Shown: positions 18,857 to 29,892, numbered from the stretch's first letter. The stretch: DNA of 64,000 nt from Salinimicrobium sp. (GCA_964228865.1 CAXRAI010000071.1:2418-66417); one strand, 5' to 3'. Program-made: numbers and translations. The notes: generated from the letters alone by a model not told the origin.

Positions 18857-21800
18857 ATGGGCAAGGAAGACGGGCCAGCAGGTGGCGACGCTTCTTCGGA
18901 AGGCCGCCTTTCCGCGTTGCGTCGTGCAGGCCGTGCATCCATGTCCCGAAGGGCCACAGAAGTCAGCGGCGCCGTGAAGAATTTCGATGCAAAATCCGCC
19001 GTTGATGCGATGCTTGAGGCACCGTCGAGCCTTCGGCGAGAATGGCAACGGACCGGTGCGATAGGGGCCATCACCCGCTTTCCGCTGTTGACCGTCCTGG
19101 CCTTCTTCGGCATGACCCTGTTTTTCGTGTCCCACTCGGGATTCTTGGACAACACGGGACTCGACCGGGACCCCGACAACCCAGCCCTCAACGTCAACGG
19201 CGACATGGAAGTCTACCTTCCGGACGGTTCAGAGGTCAGTGCGCTCATCGCCAAGGTGGAAGAAGATTGGACAACCGACGTGATGGTCATCTACATCGAA
19301 TCGAACAAGAACAACATCACCGATCAACGCATCCTCCAAGAGATCAGTTACGTCGAAGAGACGCTCAATCCCTACATTTCCGATGCCGAACTGGACGACG
19401 TCATCTACATCCTCTCACTTTCCACGGTCATCAAGGAAGTCAATTCCAGTGCGCCGCGTGTCCGAACGGCCCTCATCGAAGAGCTCGGTGAATCGGCTTG
19501 TCCACCGGACACCGAAGATTGTGCAAGCAGGACAGCAGCACAGGCCCTCAACGAAATTTTGGCCACCACCGACGTTGGCGCTCGCGCCATTCCAACTCAG
19601 GGCACCATCGATCTCATCGTTCGTGAGATGTACGAGGACGACGGTTCGCCAACGCCAGGTCTTGACAAATTGGCGCGCAACACCAACCCATGCACCCTGA
19701 ACGGTGGGATGTGCGACAACGACGAGGACTACCTCCTCGACCGTGCGGTGATGGCCATCGCGGTCACTGAAAACAAGCCTGCAAAGCAAATCATCGAGGA
19801 AACGCAAGGGCAGCTTGACGAAATTTCCACGAAAAATCGTCCGTGCCTCTTCGATGAGAACGGTGACCCCAACGCCGAAGCAGGCCTCTGCACGTGGGAT
19901 GACCTTGGATTGAACATGACCTTGACGGGTCCCGTGCCCATCACCAACGCCGTGACGGACTTCTCCTTCCAGCTGTTTTGGGACATTTTCCCGATGGCCG
20001 TTGTCTTTGTCGCGGTTGGCTTGTTTGTGTTCCACTGCGATTTGCTTCAGACAGGGTTGACCGGAATACGGCCACTGCAAGGCTTCAAAGTCGTCTGCAT
20101 CGCAGGTTTGCCGACCCTTTGCGCCGTGTTTTGGACGATGGGCATCTTAGGTTGGACCGATTTTGAGGTGACCATGACCGTCATCATCGTGGGGCCAATT
20201 CTGCTTGCGCTCGGCGTTTCTTACGGTCTGCACATCACCAACCGCTACGCCGAAGAAACGGGGACCAAGCAAGAGAAAATTCGGGCGGCCATGTCTTCGA
20301 CAGGCCGTGCGGTCTTTTTGTCCGCGGTGACCACAGTGATCGGTTTCGTCTCGCTTGTTTTCACCCCGATGGCCCCCATCCAAACGGTGGGTATTGCCTT
20401 GTCAGGAGGCATCGTGGTGGTGTATTTCTTGACCATGTTCATGGTTCCAAACCTGACCTTGTTGTTGGATCTGGAGAAGCCGAAACACCCACCGCTTGCC
20501 GCCTTCAACGTGATGGTTGAGGTTCCGGTTCGTCGCTCAAGTTGGGTGCTTGGCGTGTTCTTCGTCTTCATCCTCATCTCGGCCACCGTGGGTCAGGCCA
20601 ACGTGGAGGAGAACATCGATCTTCTCGGCATGGCTCCAGAAGACGAGCAATCCGTCATCAAGATGAAACAATACAGCGACGAATTCAACGCCGGTCAAGT
20701 CGGCATGGTTCTCGTGCACGCCAACGTGACGGGAAACATCAACGACGACGACACAAGCAACGACGATCCCGCATCAATCCTTGAACAAATTGAGGTTCTC
20801 GAGGCCAAAATCAACGAGGTTGACAACGCCTCAGCCGTTTCCATTGTGTTCCTCATGAAAGCGACCGGTGTTGCCGTCTCCATCACCGGTGCACCCATCG
20901 CAGATTTCATCGACGAAACACCGGGGATTCCGGATGAAATCAAAGACACGGCGACGTCCCTGTTGAACCAAGAAATCATTGCCGACGCCTCGTTTTGGGA
21001 CGTGTTGACCAATCCTTCGCAGTACAACATGCCCGGTGATCGTCAATCCCAGATTTTCCTGCTCAACGTCTTTTATGCGTCCATCACGGAAGAAACGCTC
21101 CAGGTCTTCATCAACGAGAACTACGACCGGACCCTCATCTTGGTGGACATGCCGTTCATCCCTGTGGCGGACACCGCCGTCAGTGTGGATGAAATCAACG
21201 TCCAAGCCGCGGCCTTCGCAGGTCCAAAGGGCGAGTACGCGGAGGACATCACCGGCGTGGCCGCGACCGCCATCGAAGTGAACCAACTCATCGTTGACTC
21301 GCAATGGCGGTCCCTTGCCTTCGCGGTTGTGTTGACCATCATCACGCTGGCCATTGTGTTCCGCGACCTGAAGTACTCGTTGTTGACGACCTCACCCGTG
21401 ATCGCCACCGTTGCTCTGCAGTGGTTGGTGATGTGGCAACTGGACGTGCCGTTGTCGTTGGTGACGGTGATGATCGGTTCCATCCTCGTGGGCGTCGGGG
21501 TCGACTTTTCGATTCACATCGCCAACCGTATCCGTGAACTCGGTGGAGGCATCGATGCCATCCGTACCGCGGCGGTCGGCACAGGGATGTCGCTCGCAGA
21601 AGCAGCAACGGTCACCAGTTTGGGCATGATGACCGCCTACCAGATCCCCATCCCCGAGATCAAACCCTTCCTGACGGTGATTCTGATTTTGCTCTGGGTC
21701 GCTGCTGCGGGTGCTTTGGTGCTGCTCCCGGCGATTTTCGTCGCTTTGGAAAAGGCCGGGGTGACCACGGTTGGGGGCCATTCTGGCCTGGCCAACAAAT

Positions 21801-21883
21801 TGGGGCTTGGTCGGAAGTACGTTCAGGCTGAGGACATCGTCTACGATGCCGTCGTTGTGGAGCGTTCTGGCGACGCGTGGTGA
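18857..21883 (+). CDS. MMPL/RND-superfamily exporter
   Basis: The 1008-aa protein has two hydrophobic multi-helix bundles (roughly aa 370-540 and 830-990). Each is preceded by a large hydrophilic loop, which is the MMPL/SSD architecture. Confidence 0.75.
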   Translation: MGKEDGPAGGDASSEGRLSALRRAGRASMSRRATEVSGAVKNFDAKSAVDAMLEAPSSLRREWQRTGAIGAITRFPLLTVLAFFGMTLFFVSHSGFLDNTGLDRDPDNPALNVNGDMEVYLPDGSEVSALIAKVEEDWTTDVMVIYIESNKNNITDQRILQEISYVEETLNPYISDAELDDVIYILSLSTVIKEVNSSAPRVRTALIEELGESACPPDTEDCASRTAAQALNEILATTDVGARAIPTQGTIDLIVREMYEDDGSPTPGLDKLARNTNPCTLNGGMCDNDEDYLLDRAVMAIAVTENKPAKQIIEETQGQLDEISTKNRPCLFDENGDPNAEAGLCTWDDLGLNMTLTGPVPITNAVTDFSFQLFWDIFPMAVVFVAVGLFVFHCDLLQTGLTGIRPLQGFKVVCIAGLPTLCAVFWTMGILGWTDFEVTMTVIIVGPILLALGVSYGLHITNRYAEETGTKQEKIRAAMSSTGRAVFLSAVTTVIGFVSLVFTPMAPIQTVGIALSGGIVVVYFLTMFMVPNLTLLLDLEKPKHPPLAAFNVMVEVPVRRSSWVLGVFFVFILISATVGQANVEENIDLLGMAPEDEQSVIKMKQYSDEFNAGQVGMVLVHANVTGNINDDDTSNDDPASILEQIEVLEAKINEVDNASAVSIVFLMKATGVAVSITGAPIADFIDETPGIPDEIKDTATSLLNQEIIADASFWDVLTNPSQYNMPGDRQSQIFLLNVFYASITEETLQVFINENYDRTLILVDMPFIPVADTAVSVDEINVQAAAFAGPKGEYAEDITGVAATAIEVNQLIVDSQWRSLAFAVVLTIITLAIVFRDLKYSLLTTSPVIATVALQWLVMWQLDVPLSLVTVMIGSILVGVGVDFSIHIANRIRELGGGIDAIRTAAVGTGMSLAEAATVTSLGMMTAYQIPIPEIKPFLTVILILLWVAAAGALVLLPAIFVALEKAGVTTVGGHSGLANKLGLGRKYVQAEDIVYDAVVVERSGDAW

Positions 21884-21921
21884 AGCGAGGATTCAATGAC
21901 CGTGGGGGCTCCCCACACCAC

Positions 21922-22407
21922 ATGAAGGGCCTCTGGCTGATGAAGTCTGAACCCCACGTTTACTCGTACGACGATTTGGTTGCTGACGGCCAAACGCATT
22001 GGGACGGCGTGAGGAATTACCAAGCGAGGAACATGATGCGCGACCAAATGAAGGTCGGTGACCTCGTCCTCTACTACCACTCCAACACCAAACCCCCGCA
22101 TGTTGCGGGTCTGGCTCGGGTCGTGCGAGAGGGCTACCCTGACCACACCGCCCTCGACCCCAACTCCAAGTATTTCGATGCAAAAGCCACGGCGGAGAAC
22201 CCCCGTTGGAGCATGGTTGACCTCGCTCCTGTGGCCGCTTGCCCCACGACGGTGTCGCTTGAAGCCATCAAAGAAGATCCAGCCTTCGAAGGCATGCTGC
22301 TCATCCGTCGTGGTCAACGGTTGTCCATTCAACCGGTCGAAGAGCATCATTTCAGGCGTGTGTTGTCACTCGCAGGCTTTGACGTCGATGCCATGATGGA
22401 GGAATGA
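21922..22407 (+). CDS. EVE (PUA-like) domain protein
   Basis: MKGLWLMKSEPHVYSYDDL...WDGVRNYQARNMMRDQMKVGDLVLYYHSN is the EVE-domain signature. The ORF-track GTG start at 21877 overlaps the MMPL stop. The stop overlaps the next start as ATGA at 22404-22407. Confidence 0.85.
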   Translation: MKGLWLMKSEPHVYSYDDLVADGQTHWDGVRNYQARNMMRDQMKVGDLVLYYHSNTKPPHVAGLARVVREGYPDHTALDPNSKYFDAKATAENPRWSMVDLAPVAACPTTVSLEAIKEDPAFEGMLLIRRGQRLSIQPVEEHHFRRVLSLAGFDVDAMMEE

Positions 22408-23648
22408 CCATGGGGGAGGGTGAAGTTCGTGCAGCGTCCCGAGCCCTGTCCATCGAATACGCCATCCGCGATGTCGTCGTGCCGGCGACGGCCCTCGAAG
22501 CCCAAGGGCATGAAATTCTGAAACTCAACATCGGCGATCCCATCGCCTACCCTGGCCTTCCGACCCCCCAGCACATGGTGGACGCGTACGCACAAGCCGT
22601 TCAGGACGGCATGAACGGATACTCGCCCTCGTACGGGCTTCCACCGCTGCGTGAGGCGGTGGCGGCCGAAGAACGCAGCAAAGGTTGGCCCGCAACTGCA
22701 GATGACATCTATGTCTGCCATGGCGTCACCGAAGCCCTCCAACTGCTCTTTGCAGCCGTGTTGGAAGAAGGCGATGTTGTGCTCGCTCCTGGTCCACATT
22801 ACCCACCCTACATGGCGTACCCGCAAATGTACGGTGCCAAGACGGTGGAATACAGGCTCGACGCCAACGACGGATGGAGGATCGACCTTGCCGATCTCGA
22901 GGCGAAGATGACCGAAAACGTTCGTTTTGTGGTCCTCATCAACCCAAACAATCCAACGGGGAACGTGGCGACACCTGAGGAGGTTGATGCCATCCTACGC
23001 ATCGTCAAGGCTTGGCCTCAATGCATGGTCATCGCGGACGAAATTTACGACGGTTTGGACTTCACAGGGCATCAGGTTTCGGTGGCCAGCCGTTCCGTCG
23101 ATGTTCCCGTGATTACGCTCAACGGCGTTTCGAAGGTGTTCTTTGCTCCAGGTTGGCGCATCGGGTGGTTTGGGCTTCACGATCCAACACGCACCCTCGG
23201 TGCAGTGCGGGACGCGTTGGAGCGCTTGCTGCGCTCACGCCTGTGCGCTTCCACACCAGCCCAACAAGGCTACTTGGCCGGCTTGACGGGAGATCGGTCG
23301 TGGATGGGCTCCTACTTGGAGCGGGTGAAAGCACAGCGCCAACGTTGCCTTGAGCGGATAGCGGCCATCGACGGGCTTGAGGTTGAAGCCCCCGGCGGTG
23401 CGTTCTACATGTTCGTTCGCTTGACCGACAACCGGTGGGCGTCAAACGACAAGCAATTCGTGCTGGATTTGCTCCACGAAGAGCACGTCTTGTTGGTCCA
23501 CGGCAGCGGTTTCAGTCCAGAACGGGGACGTGGTCACGTGCGGCTGGTGTACTTGGCTGACGTTCGGGTCTTGGACGAGGCGTTTGACCGCATCGAGCGC
23601 TTCCTCAATCGACATCGAGCGACGGCCATGTCGGAGATGGATTCTTGA
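22404..23648 (+). CDS. class I/II pyridoxal-phosphate aminotransferase (alanine/aspartate aminotransferase-like)
   Basis: NPNNPTGNV is present, and the PLP-lysine context is LNGVSKVFFAPGWRIGW. The overall length is typical for the family. Confidence 0.9.
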   Translation: MTMGEGEVRAASRALSIEYAIRDVVVPATALEAQGHEILKLNIGDPIAYPGLPTPQHMVDAYAQAVQDGMNGYSPSYGLPPLREAVAAEERSKGWPATADDIYVCHGVTEALQLLFAAVLEEGDVVLAPGPHYPPYMAYPQMYGAKTVEYRLDANDGWRIDLADLEAKMTENVRFVVLINPNNPTGNVATPEEVDAILRIVKAWPQCMVIADEIYDGLDFTGHQVSVASRSVDVPVITLNGVSKVFFAPGWRIGWFGLHDPTRTLGAVRDALERLLRSRLCASTPAQQGYLAGLTGDRSWMGSYLERVKAQRQRCLERIAAIDGLEVEAPGGAFYMFVRLTDNRWASNDKQFVLDLLHEEHVLLVHGSGFSPERGRGHVRLVYLADVRVLDEAFDRIERFLNRHRATAMSEMDS

Positions 23649-23671
23649 GCAAGTCCTGACCCCCTTTCCCC

Positions 23672-26600
23672 ATGAACCGGGTGCTGGCGCTGTTGCTGGG
23701 CTCGGTTTGGCTCCTGCCCTCGGTTGCAGCTGAAGTGGTCATCGTTCAGCCCAGCGAGCCCAGCGCCGAACTTGCGATTCCTTTCAGCATTGCAGTGGTG
23801 GCCGCGCTTTTGCTCTGGCGCTGGTTCGTGCCTCGTCAACTCGCATCCCTGCAAGTCGCCTTCGAAATCGACGATGACCTCTACGAAGTTCACAGGATCT
23901 CCAAGACCGTCGGGGAAGCACGCGAACTGCTTGGTGAACGTTCGGTCAGCAAAGGCGCCATCCTGTACATGATGGGCATGACCGGAATCCTCCTCTTGAT
24001 TGCGGAGTTGATGTTCGATCCGAACACCTTCTACCTGCCGAACCTCTTCCTCATCGGTTTGCTTGTCGGACTACCAATCCTCATTTCACCGTGGGAAACG
24101 CTGAACGCGCAGTTGATCGGGGTTGGGAAAGCCAACATGAAAGCCGGATTTGCCTCCAGGCTTGGTCGTTTGACCACCCTCCCCTTGTTGGTGGCCGCAC
24201 TGCTGGGTACCGTGATTCTTGGTCTGCAGTTGGAGGGCACCATCACGCCCGAATGGATTGCGATTTCCATGTTGGTCTTCATGGGACCTACCATCATCGC
24301 CTATGGGCGTATCATGGGGGCGTCGTGGAACGTTCTCTTGTTGAACAAATGGAGGTCCTTCCGTGGGCAAACCACGGCCATCGATCCTGAGCACCCAAGT
24401 TTCGTCAACCGTTTGGTCGCGATCATCCTCGTGCTGTTCCTGTTCACGATGCCCTTGACGGCCTTGAACGGCATCGTGACGGTGATTTACGTCGTTTCCG
24501 TTGAACCAACAAACACAGAGGAGATGCTCAACTACGGTGGAATCATTGGGTATTCGATTTACACCAACATCGACCTCATCATGGAAATCGTTGGGCAACT
24601 TGAGGCCCTCAAGAGTCTGCCTCAAGTGCTTTCGTTGTACTTGTCGTTGAACGTCGCCATCGTCGGTTTGGCGTTCATCTTTGAACTCACCAGAAACTTG
24701 CTGCTCGGTGGACAATCCTTCGGGGGTACTTTTGGTGTTCAATTGGCTCCCCCGAGGGACATCCGAAGCGAAGTTGGCGTCCGAGGGAAGTTGGTCGCCT
24801 TTTGCTTCGCTGGTTTTTCAGGTTACACCGTGCTTTTGCTTCTCTTGGTGTGTTACAAGGAATTCGGGGACGTCATGCCATACACCGATTGGCTGAACCA
24901 ACAGGACTTCGATGAAGAAATGCGGCTTCTGACGACGTGGATGTTCATTGCTGTTGGTCAGTCGATTTTCATGCTCACTTGGCTCGCTTCCATCAGTCAA
25001 TTCGGGAGGCTGCGTGGTCTACGGTTTGACATTGATCCTGACCAACGTCGTGACGGTGCGGTCATGCTGACCGAAGGCAACAACCTTCGGATGATGATCG
25101 ACAAGGCAGCCCAAAACGACGATTTGGACATGTTGCGCCGCCTCCAATCTGCAGAATTTACCGACGACGAAGCCCTCATTCGTCACGAAAAGGCACGTGC
25201 AAAAATGTGGGAATTGGCCCTCCGTGGCTTGTGGCCTCAAGCCTCTGAAGAAGCCAAGAAGGTGCTTGCTCAATCTGGCGGGGACGACGATGAATCGCGT
25301 CTTCTGTTGGCCGTTTCCTACCTTGCCAGCCGTCGTTTGGACGCGGCCCGTGAAGCCCTTTTCGGTCTCGAACAACCCGAGGGTTATGACGAGCCCGAGC
25401 TGATTTCCTTCCTGTGCGAATGGTTGGATCCATGGCACGGTCGTGTCGACGAAGACGACTTGTGGGATTGGGAGAACAACTCCACCATCGACCACCTTCA
25501 AGACATGATGAAGATGCTCGAATCTTGGGATCCAAATCCAGACACCATGAACCGTCACGAAGACCGCCTTTCACGCATCGGTCGCATCTCCCGTGTCGCA
25601 CTGTTGCGCGCCCAACGCCGCCACAAGGAAGCCCTGAAACTGGCGCTTGATTGTGTGCGCGCAGACCCCACTGGGGTTCGTCCACGGATCGCGGTGACCC
25701 TGTGCCTCGTGGACCAGGGGCGTTGGCATGAAGCAAGAACCGTGCTCGATGAATTGAATGCCAGCGACCCCAACGATCCCCGCGTCAAGAGCCTCATGGC
25801 CTTGATGGGTCACCATCCAGATTTGGAGGAATTTGAGGTGGCCATGGCCATGGAGCCAAGGGCGAAGGGTCGGAATTACCTCGATGAAGCACCCATCAAT
25901 CCAATGGCTGGCGCATTGATTCGAGGTGGTTTGGACGAGGCCTTGACGGCCAACGCTCTCATTGTGGCCCATGAAGCCGTGCGGCGTACCGTTAGCCCTG
26001 GTCACAGAATATCTCCCATCACCTACCTGATCCATTTCGGTTTGATCATCCCGTTGTGGGGCATGGGTGCCGCTTACTTGGCCACCTTGCGCGGAACCAC
26101 GGTTGGGGTTGGGGCCGCCCTTGCTTTGGGTGGTTTGCATTTGATGTACGTGCGCCTCCTCAAGCAGCAGCGCCACGTGGTCAAGCAACGTGACCAGCGC
26201 ATGATGATCGAGCTTGGCCGGCGCTTGAAGCGCCGACGCGCCGTCCCCACAGAAGCCAACACGCCTATTGGAACACATCTCATTCTCACCGGCCTGTTGC
26301 TGACGGTCAACGGCGTGGTGCTTGACATCGGTTTGCCGGCTTGGTTGTCGGCAAGGAACGAAGAGGTCGCGGACCGGTCCATGCAAGCGCGGCTCAAGCG
26401 TCGGGCCTCGAAGATGGAACGGGCCAAGTCACCACGCACCAAACCCCTCGGACGTGGTTGGTGGCTCAAACGCGAAGACCCGACGGACGGTGGGCCTGCA
26501 CTTGACGCGCTGATCGGCCCTTCCGCTTACCGAGGCCGTGCTGCTGCGGAAGGCCTCAAGCAAAAACTCGGTGGCAGCATCTCTGGTGGACCTGCTCGAC

Positions 26601-26695
26601 GCCTGTCGGTATCAGACCTCGACATGGCTGGACGTGGGGCTCCCATGAACACCCGAAGGTCAGAGCGTTTCCCTGGCTCAACTCGGCCCCGTTGA
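23672..26695 (+). CDS. large polytopic membrane protein with central TPR-like helical-repeat domain (1007 aa)
   Basis: It has an N-terminal signal-like helix and about 9 hydrophobic helices. A soluble region of about 380 aa follows with TPR-like repeats (for example LLLAVSYLASRRLDAAREALFGL). More TM helices and a basic tail complete the protein. No family was recognised. Confidence 0.65.
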   Translation: MNRVLALLLGSVWLLPSVAAEVVIVQPSEPSAELAIPFSIAVVAALLLWRWFVPRQLASLQVAFEIDDDLYEVHRISKTVGEARELLGERSVSKGAILYMMGMTGILLLIAELMFDPNTFYLPNLFLIGLLVGLPILISPWETLNAQLIGVGKANMKAGFASRLGRLTTLPLLVAALLGTVILGLQLEGTITPEWIAISMLVFMGPTIIAYGRIMGASWNVLLLNKWRSFRGQTTAIDPEHPSFVNRLVAIILVLFLFTMPLTALNGIVTVIYVVSVEPTNTEEMLNYGGIIGYSIYTNIDLIMEIVGQLEALKSLPQVLSLYLSLNVAIVGLAFIFELTRNLLLGGQSFGGTFGVQLAPPRDIRSEVGVRGKLVAFCFAGFSGYTVLLLLLVCYKEFGDVMPYTDWLNQQDFDEEMRLLTTWMFIAVGQSIFMLTWLASISQFGRLRGLRFDIDPDQRRDGAVMLTEGNNLRMMIDKAAQNDDLDMLRRLQSAEFTDDEALIRHEKARAKMWELALRGLWPQASEEAKKVLAQSGGDDDESRLLLAVSYLASRRLDAAREALFGLEQPEGYDEPELISFLCEWLDPWHGRVDEDDLWDWENNSTIDHLQDMMKMLESWDPNPDTMNRHEDRLSRIGRISRVALLRAQRRHKEALKLALDCVRADPTGVRPRIAVTLCLVDQGRWHEARTVLDELNASDPNDPRVKSLMALMGHHPDLEEFEVAMAMEPRAKGRNYLDEAPINPMAGALIRGGLDEALTANALIVAHEAVRRTVSPGHRISPITYLIHFGLIIPLWGMGAAYLATLRGTTVGVGAALALGGLHLMYVRLLKQQRHVVKQRDQRMMIELGRRLKRRRAVPTEANTPIGTHLILTGLLLTVNGVVLDIGLPAWLSARNEEVADRSMQARLKRRASKMERAKSPRTKPLGRGWWLKREDPTDGGPALDALIGPSAYRGRAAAEGLKQKLGGSISGGPARRLSVSDLDMAGRGAPMNTRRSERFPGSTRPR

Positions 26696-26793
26696 AGTCC
26701 TCACAACGCGGCGCTGTCCGTCGTTTTGCTCCGAACAGAGCACGTCAAGTTCTATAACCGGTGCGAGGCACGGAAGAAACCGGGGTCTTAGCC

Positions 26794-29700
26794 ATGGCCA
26801 TGAATCACAACCAGATGGCGTACGTCGCCATCATCACGACGCTCATTTTCGGCTCGTTGTTCGTTGGAATCAGTGGATTCTGGCAAACCAATGAACGCGT
26901 TGGAGATTTCGAGAGTGCCGCCGAAGAGGACATTTTTGGAGAGGGCACGGAATCCGTCGATACACTCGATTCGGACGGAGACGGGCTTCCCGACACGCTT
27001 GAACAGACCCAGTACGGTACGCTCATCGACGACCCCGACACCGACGGCGACGGTATGTCCGATGGATGGGAGGTGGCCCATGGCCTGAATCCCCTCGACA
27101 ACGGAGAATCCGACGACGTGACGCTCGACCCAAGTGAGGCCGACACGGAAGACGCCACGAAAAAGAACGAGACGGATGCGTGGCCTGACCCCAACCAGGG
27201 CCCAAATGGCGACCCTGACCGTGACGGTTTGACCAACACCATCGAGCAGGAACTGGGCACTGACCCACAGCGAGCGGACACGGACAACGACGGATTGAAC
27301 GATCGTTGGGAGTCCATGTACTCCACCGAGGTGATCACGGTCGGAGGCGTTGTCACGCTCTTCGATCCACTCCGAGGAAACTGGGATTGCTTGTTGCTCG
27401 ACGCTGGAACGGAACAAGCCCTGGAGGACTACTACGACGATGACGAGTCCACGCCCAGTTGGGACGACTTGGCCAACTCCGAGGGCAAGCACTCGTGCGA
27501 CAGCGTCCTCGACACCGACGAGGACGGTTTGCCAAACTGGCTTGAGGAGAACTACGGAACAGACCCCACATCTCGGGACTCCGACCAGGACCTGATCGAC
27601 GACATCGTTGAGGTGTCCACCGAATTGGTGAACATCTTTGTCGGAACCGGCGAAGAGTGCAACGTTGCCTTGGTTGAGTCGATCACCCTCGTCGCACCCT
27701 TCCAAACCATGGACGATGCATGGTTCATGGGGGACATGGACGGCGATGGTTTGCTGAACGGCCCCTCCGATTGGGACACCGACGGTGACGGGATGCCTGA
27801 CGGCTTCGAATACTGCTATTCGCACCTCGCTGAACTTCCGCCTGCGCTCGACAACACGATGCTGTTGAACCCCGCCAACGCCTCTGATGCCTATGGCGAC
27901 TGGGATGAAGACGGCCTGAACAACCTCGAGGAGTACCTTGTGGCCGAAACCTTCGGTCCAACCAATTTCACCTCACCATGGCGGATTGACACCGACCTTG
28001 ACCAGATGCCAGACGGTTGGGAGTCCAGCAACGGGCTCCACCCACGGGACGGAACCAACGGCGATGAAGACCCTGATCGCGACGGTTGGGACGCCGACGG
28101 TGACGGTGCTGTGGTGTACGCTGAATTGGTCAACAGCGTGACGGTCATCGGCGTGGACGTGGACTTGGACGATTGGGTCATCGCCAACCAAACCGTGGCA
28201 CGCGGTCAGATCACCCTCGCAGGCGGCAACAAGCAGACGGTGTCGCTTGGCTCGCCCGTGGACGGCTACGTGTACGACATTCATGTGGCGGTGGGCGACG
28301 TGATTGAATCACGACTCGACGTCTGGATGGACATCGTTGAGCCAGAAGAGCAATTCACGAACGTCATGGAATACAACGCACGCGACCGGGACGGTGATGG
28401 CGTGGTCGACGGTCGGTCCACCGACCCACTCGTCGCCGACACCGACGGCGATGGCCTCCGCGATGGCATCGAGGTCATGGGTTGGGAAATCCTCGTCGTG
28501 AACGTCGGTGTGCAGCGGATCAAGGTGACCAGCGATCCCGGGCTGTACGACACCGACGCCGATGGCTTGTCAGATTTCATTGAATTCAGTGAACTGTGCG
28601 ACACCGGTTCAAACGCCTCAAACCCCGACACCGACGGTGACGGACTTGGTGACCAAGCCGAAGCCCTTTCTGGCTTTACGTGGGAAGGTGAATCTTACTT
28701 CACCGACGCCTGCATGTTCGACACAGACAACGACGGCTTGGAAGACGGTGAGGAAGTCATCGCCGGTCAGGACAACTTCCTGACCCACGCCAACAACTCC
28801 GACACCGACGACGACGGCTTGAAGGACGGCAATGAGGTGCTCTTCGTTCCACGACCGTTCCAAAAGCCAACCAATCCGCTCATCAACGACACCGATGCGG
28901 ACGGTATGCTCGACGGCTGGGAAATGCAGGTCAAATCCGCAGAGGACAACACCAACTCCCACAGCCTTTGGGTGGCCGCCAGCTCGTGGTCGCGCCCCGG
29001 TTGTGAATCCACTCAGACCAACAACTGCCTCATGGAGCCCGGCGGTTACGTCTGGCAAAACTTCCTCGGAGGCTTTGTTTTGGAAGCGAAATACGAGGTG
29101 TGGGAGATGAACCTCAGTGGCTTCAGCATCCCTGCAAACAACCTGTGCGACGGATGTTCTGGCCGATGGGCGCTTGACCCCTCGCTGGATTCCCTGCCCG
29201 ACGCGAACTACGATGTGGACAACGACTCGCTGATGAACTCTGCAGAGGCTCCCGACCGTTGGAACACCAACCCCGTTGACGATGACACCGATCAAGATCA
29301 GCTGCCCGATGGGTGGGAAGTGCGTTACAGCCAACTTGCGCTTGAACGTGGATTGGTGGACAATTTGTCCATCGCTTCCTCTGGAGCCCGCGGTGTCATG
29401 GACCCCTCAATGGAAGACAGCGACCTTGATGGCATCACGGACGGCCAGGAGGACCCGGACCGCGACGGCCTCAACCGGAGCGGTTTGGTCAGGAAGTACT
29501 GCCCCGGGTACGACGACCCAACCAACAGCCAATGTCACATCAACCCAGACACCCCGGACGGCGTTCGGTTCTATGACAATCTGGAGAACTACACGAATTT
29601 CGAAGAGTTCCAAAACGGAACAGACCCCGTGACCAACGATACGGACGGCGACGATTGGAACGACGGCCCCGAGGTCTACTACCAAGACCACGACAACGAT

Positions 29701-29880
29701 GGAATGGCCACGGGATGGGAATACCACTTCGAGTTCGATCCGTATGATGCAGCAGATCGAATGGTCGATACGGACGGTGACGGCCACGTCAACTACTGCG
29801 AATACAAGTGGGACACCAACCCGAGGAACCCCCTCTCGTTCCCCGGCCAAGGTCAACTGTGCGATCCATTCGCTGAGTGA
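26794..29880 (+). CDS. very acidic secreted/anchored protein with more than 20 thrombospondin type-3-like Ca-binding repeats
   Basis: The N-terminal TM/signal anchor is MAYVAIITTLIFGSLFVGISGFW. The DxDxDGxxDxxE unit recurs throughout (DSDGDGLPDTLE, DTDGDGMSDGWE, DTDNDGLNDRWE ... DTDGDGHVNYCE). The start was taken at ATG 26794 rather than the track start 26761. Confidence 0.8.
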   Translation: MAMNHNQMAYVAIITTLIFGSLFVGISGFWQTNERVGDFESAAEEDIFGEGTESVDTLDSDGDGLPDTLEQTQYGTLIDDPDTDGDGMSDGWEVAHGLNPLDNGESDDVTLDPSEADTEDATKKNETDAWPDPNQGPNGDPDRDGLTNTIEQELGTDPQRADTDNDGLNDRWESMYSTEVITVGGVVTLFDPLRGNWDCLLLDAGTEQALEDYYDDDESTPSWDDLANSEGKHSCDSVLDTDEDGLPNWLEENYGTDPTSRDSDQDLIDDIVEVSTELVNIFVGTGEECNVALVESITLVAPFQTMDDAWFMGDMDGDGLLNGPSDWDTDGDGMPDGFEYCYSHLAELPPALDNTMLLNPANASDAYGDWDEDGLNNLEEYLVAETFGPTNFTSPWRIDTDLDQMPDGWESSNGLHPRDGTNGDEDPDRDGWDADGDGAVVYAELVNSVTVIGVDVDLDDWVIANQTVARGQITLAGGNKQTVSLGSPVDGYVYDIHVAVGDVIESRLDVWMDIVEPEEQFTNVMEYNARDRDGDGVVDGRSTDPLVADTDGDGLRDGIEVMGWEILVVNVGVQRIKVTSDPGLYDTDADGLSDFIEFSELCDTGSNASNPDTDGDGLGDQAEALSGFTWEGESYFTDACMFDTDNDGLEDGEEVIAGQDNFLTHANNSDTDDDGLKDGNEVLFVPRPFQKPTNPLINDTDADGMLDGWEMQVKSAEDNTNSHSLWVAASSWSRPGCESTQTNNCLMEPGGYVWQNFLGGFVLEAKYEVWEMNLSGFSIPANNLCDGCSGRWALDPSLDSLPDANYDVDNDSLMNSAEAPDRWNTNPVDDDTDQDQLPDGWEVRYSQLALERGLVDNLSIASSGARGVMDPSMEDSDLDGITDGQEDPDRDGLNRSGLVRKYCPGYDDPTNSQCHINPDTPDGVRFYDNLENYTNFEEFQNGTDPVTNDTDGDDWNDGPEVYYQDHDNDGMATGWEYHFEFDPYDAADRMVDTDGDGHVNYCEYKWDTNPRNPLSFPGQGQLCDPFAE
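26968..29802 (+). repeat. coding tandem array of TSP3-like DxDxDGxxDxxE units (at least 22 copies, irregular spacing)
   Basis: The units were counted by eye in the translated ORF. They are degenerate at the nucleotide level. Confidence 0.7.
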
Positions 29881-29892
29881 GCAGGCGGCGTC

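Noticed and set aside
26788-27825. 345-aa antisense ORF opposite the TSP3-repeat gene (also 28618..29334)
   Set aside because: These are mirror images of the GAC/GAT-rich Asp codons, giving a Val/Gly-rich translation. The sense strand has a clear repeated Ca-binding motif.
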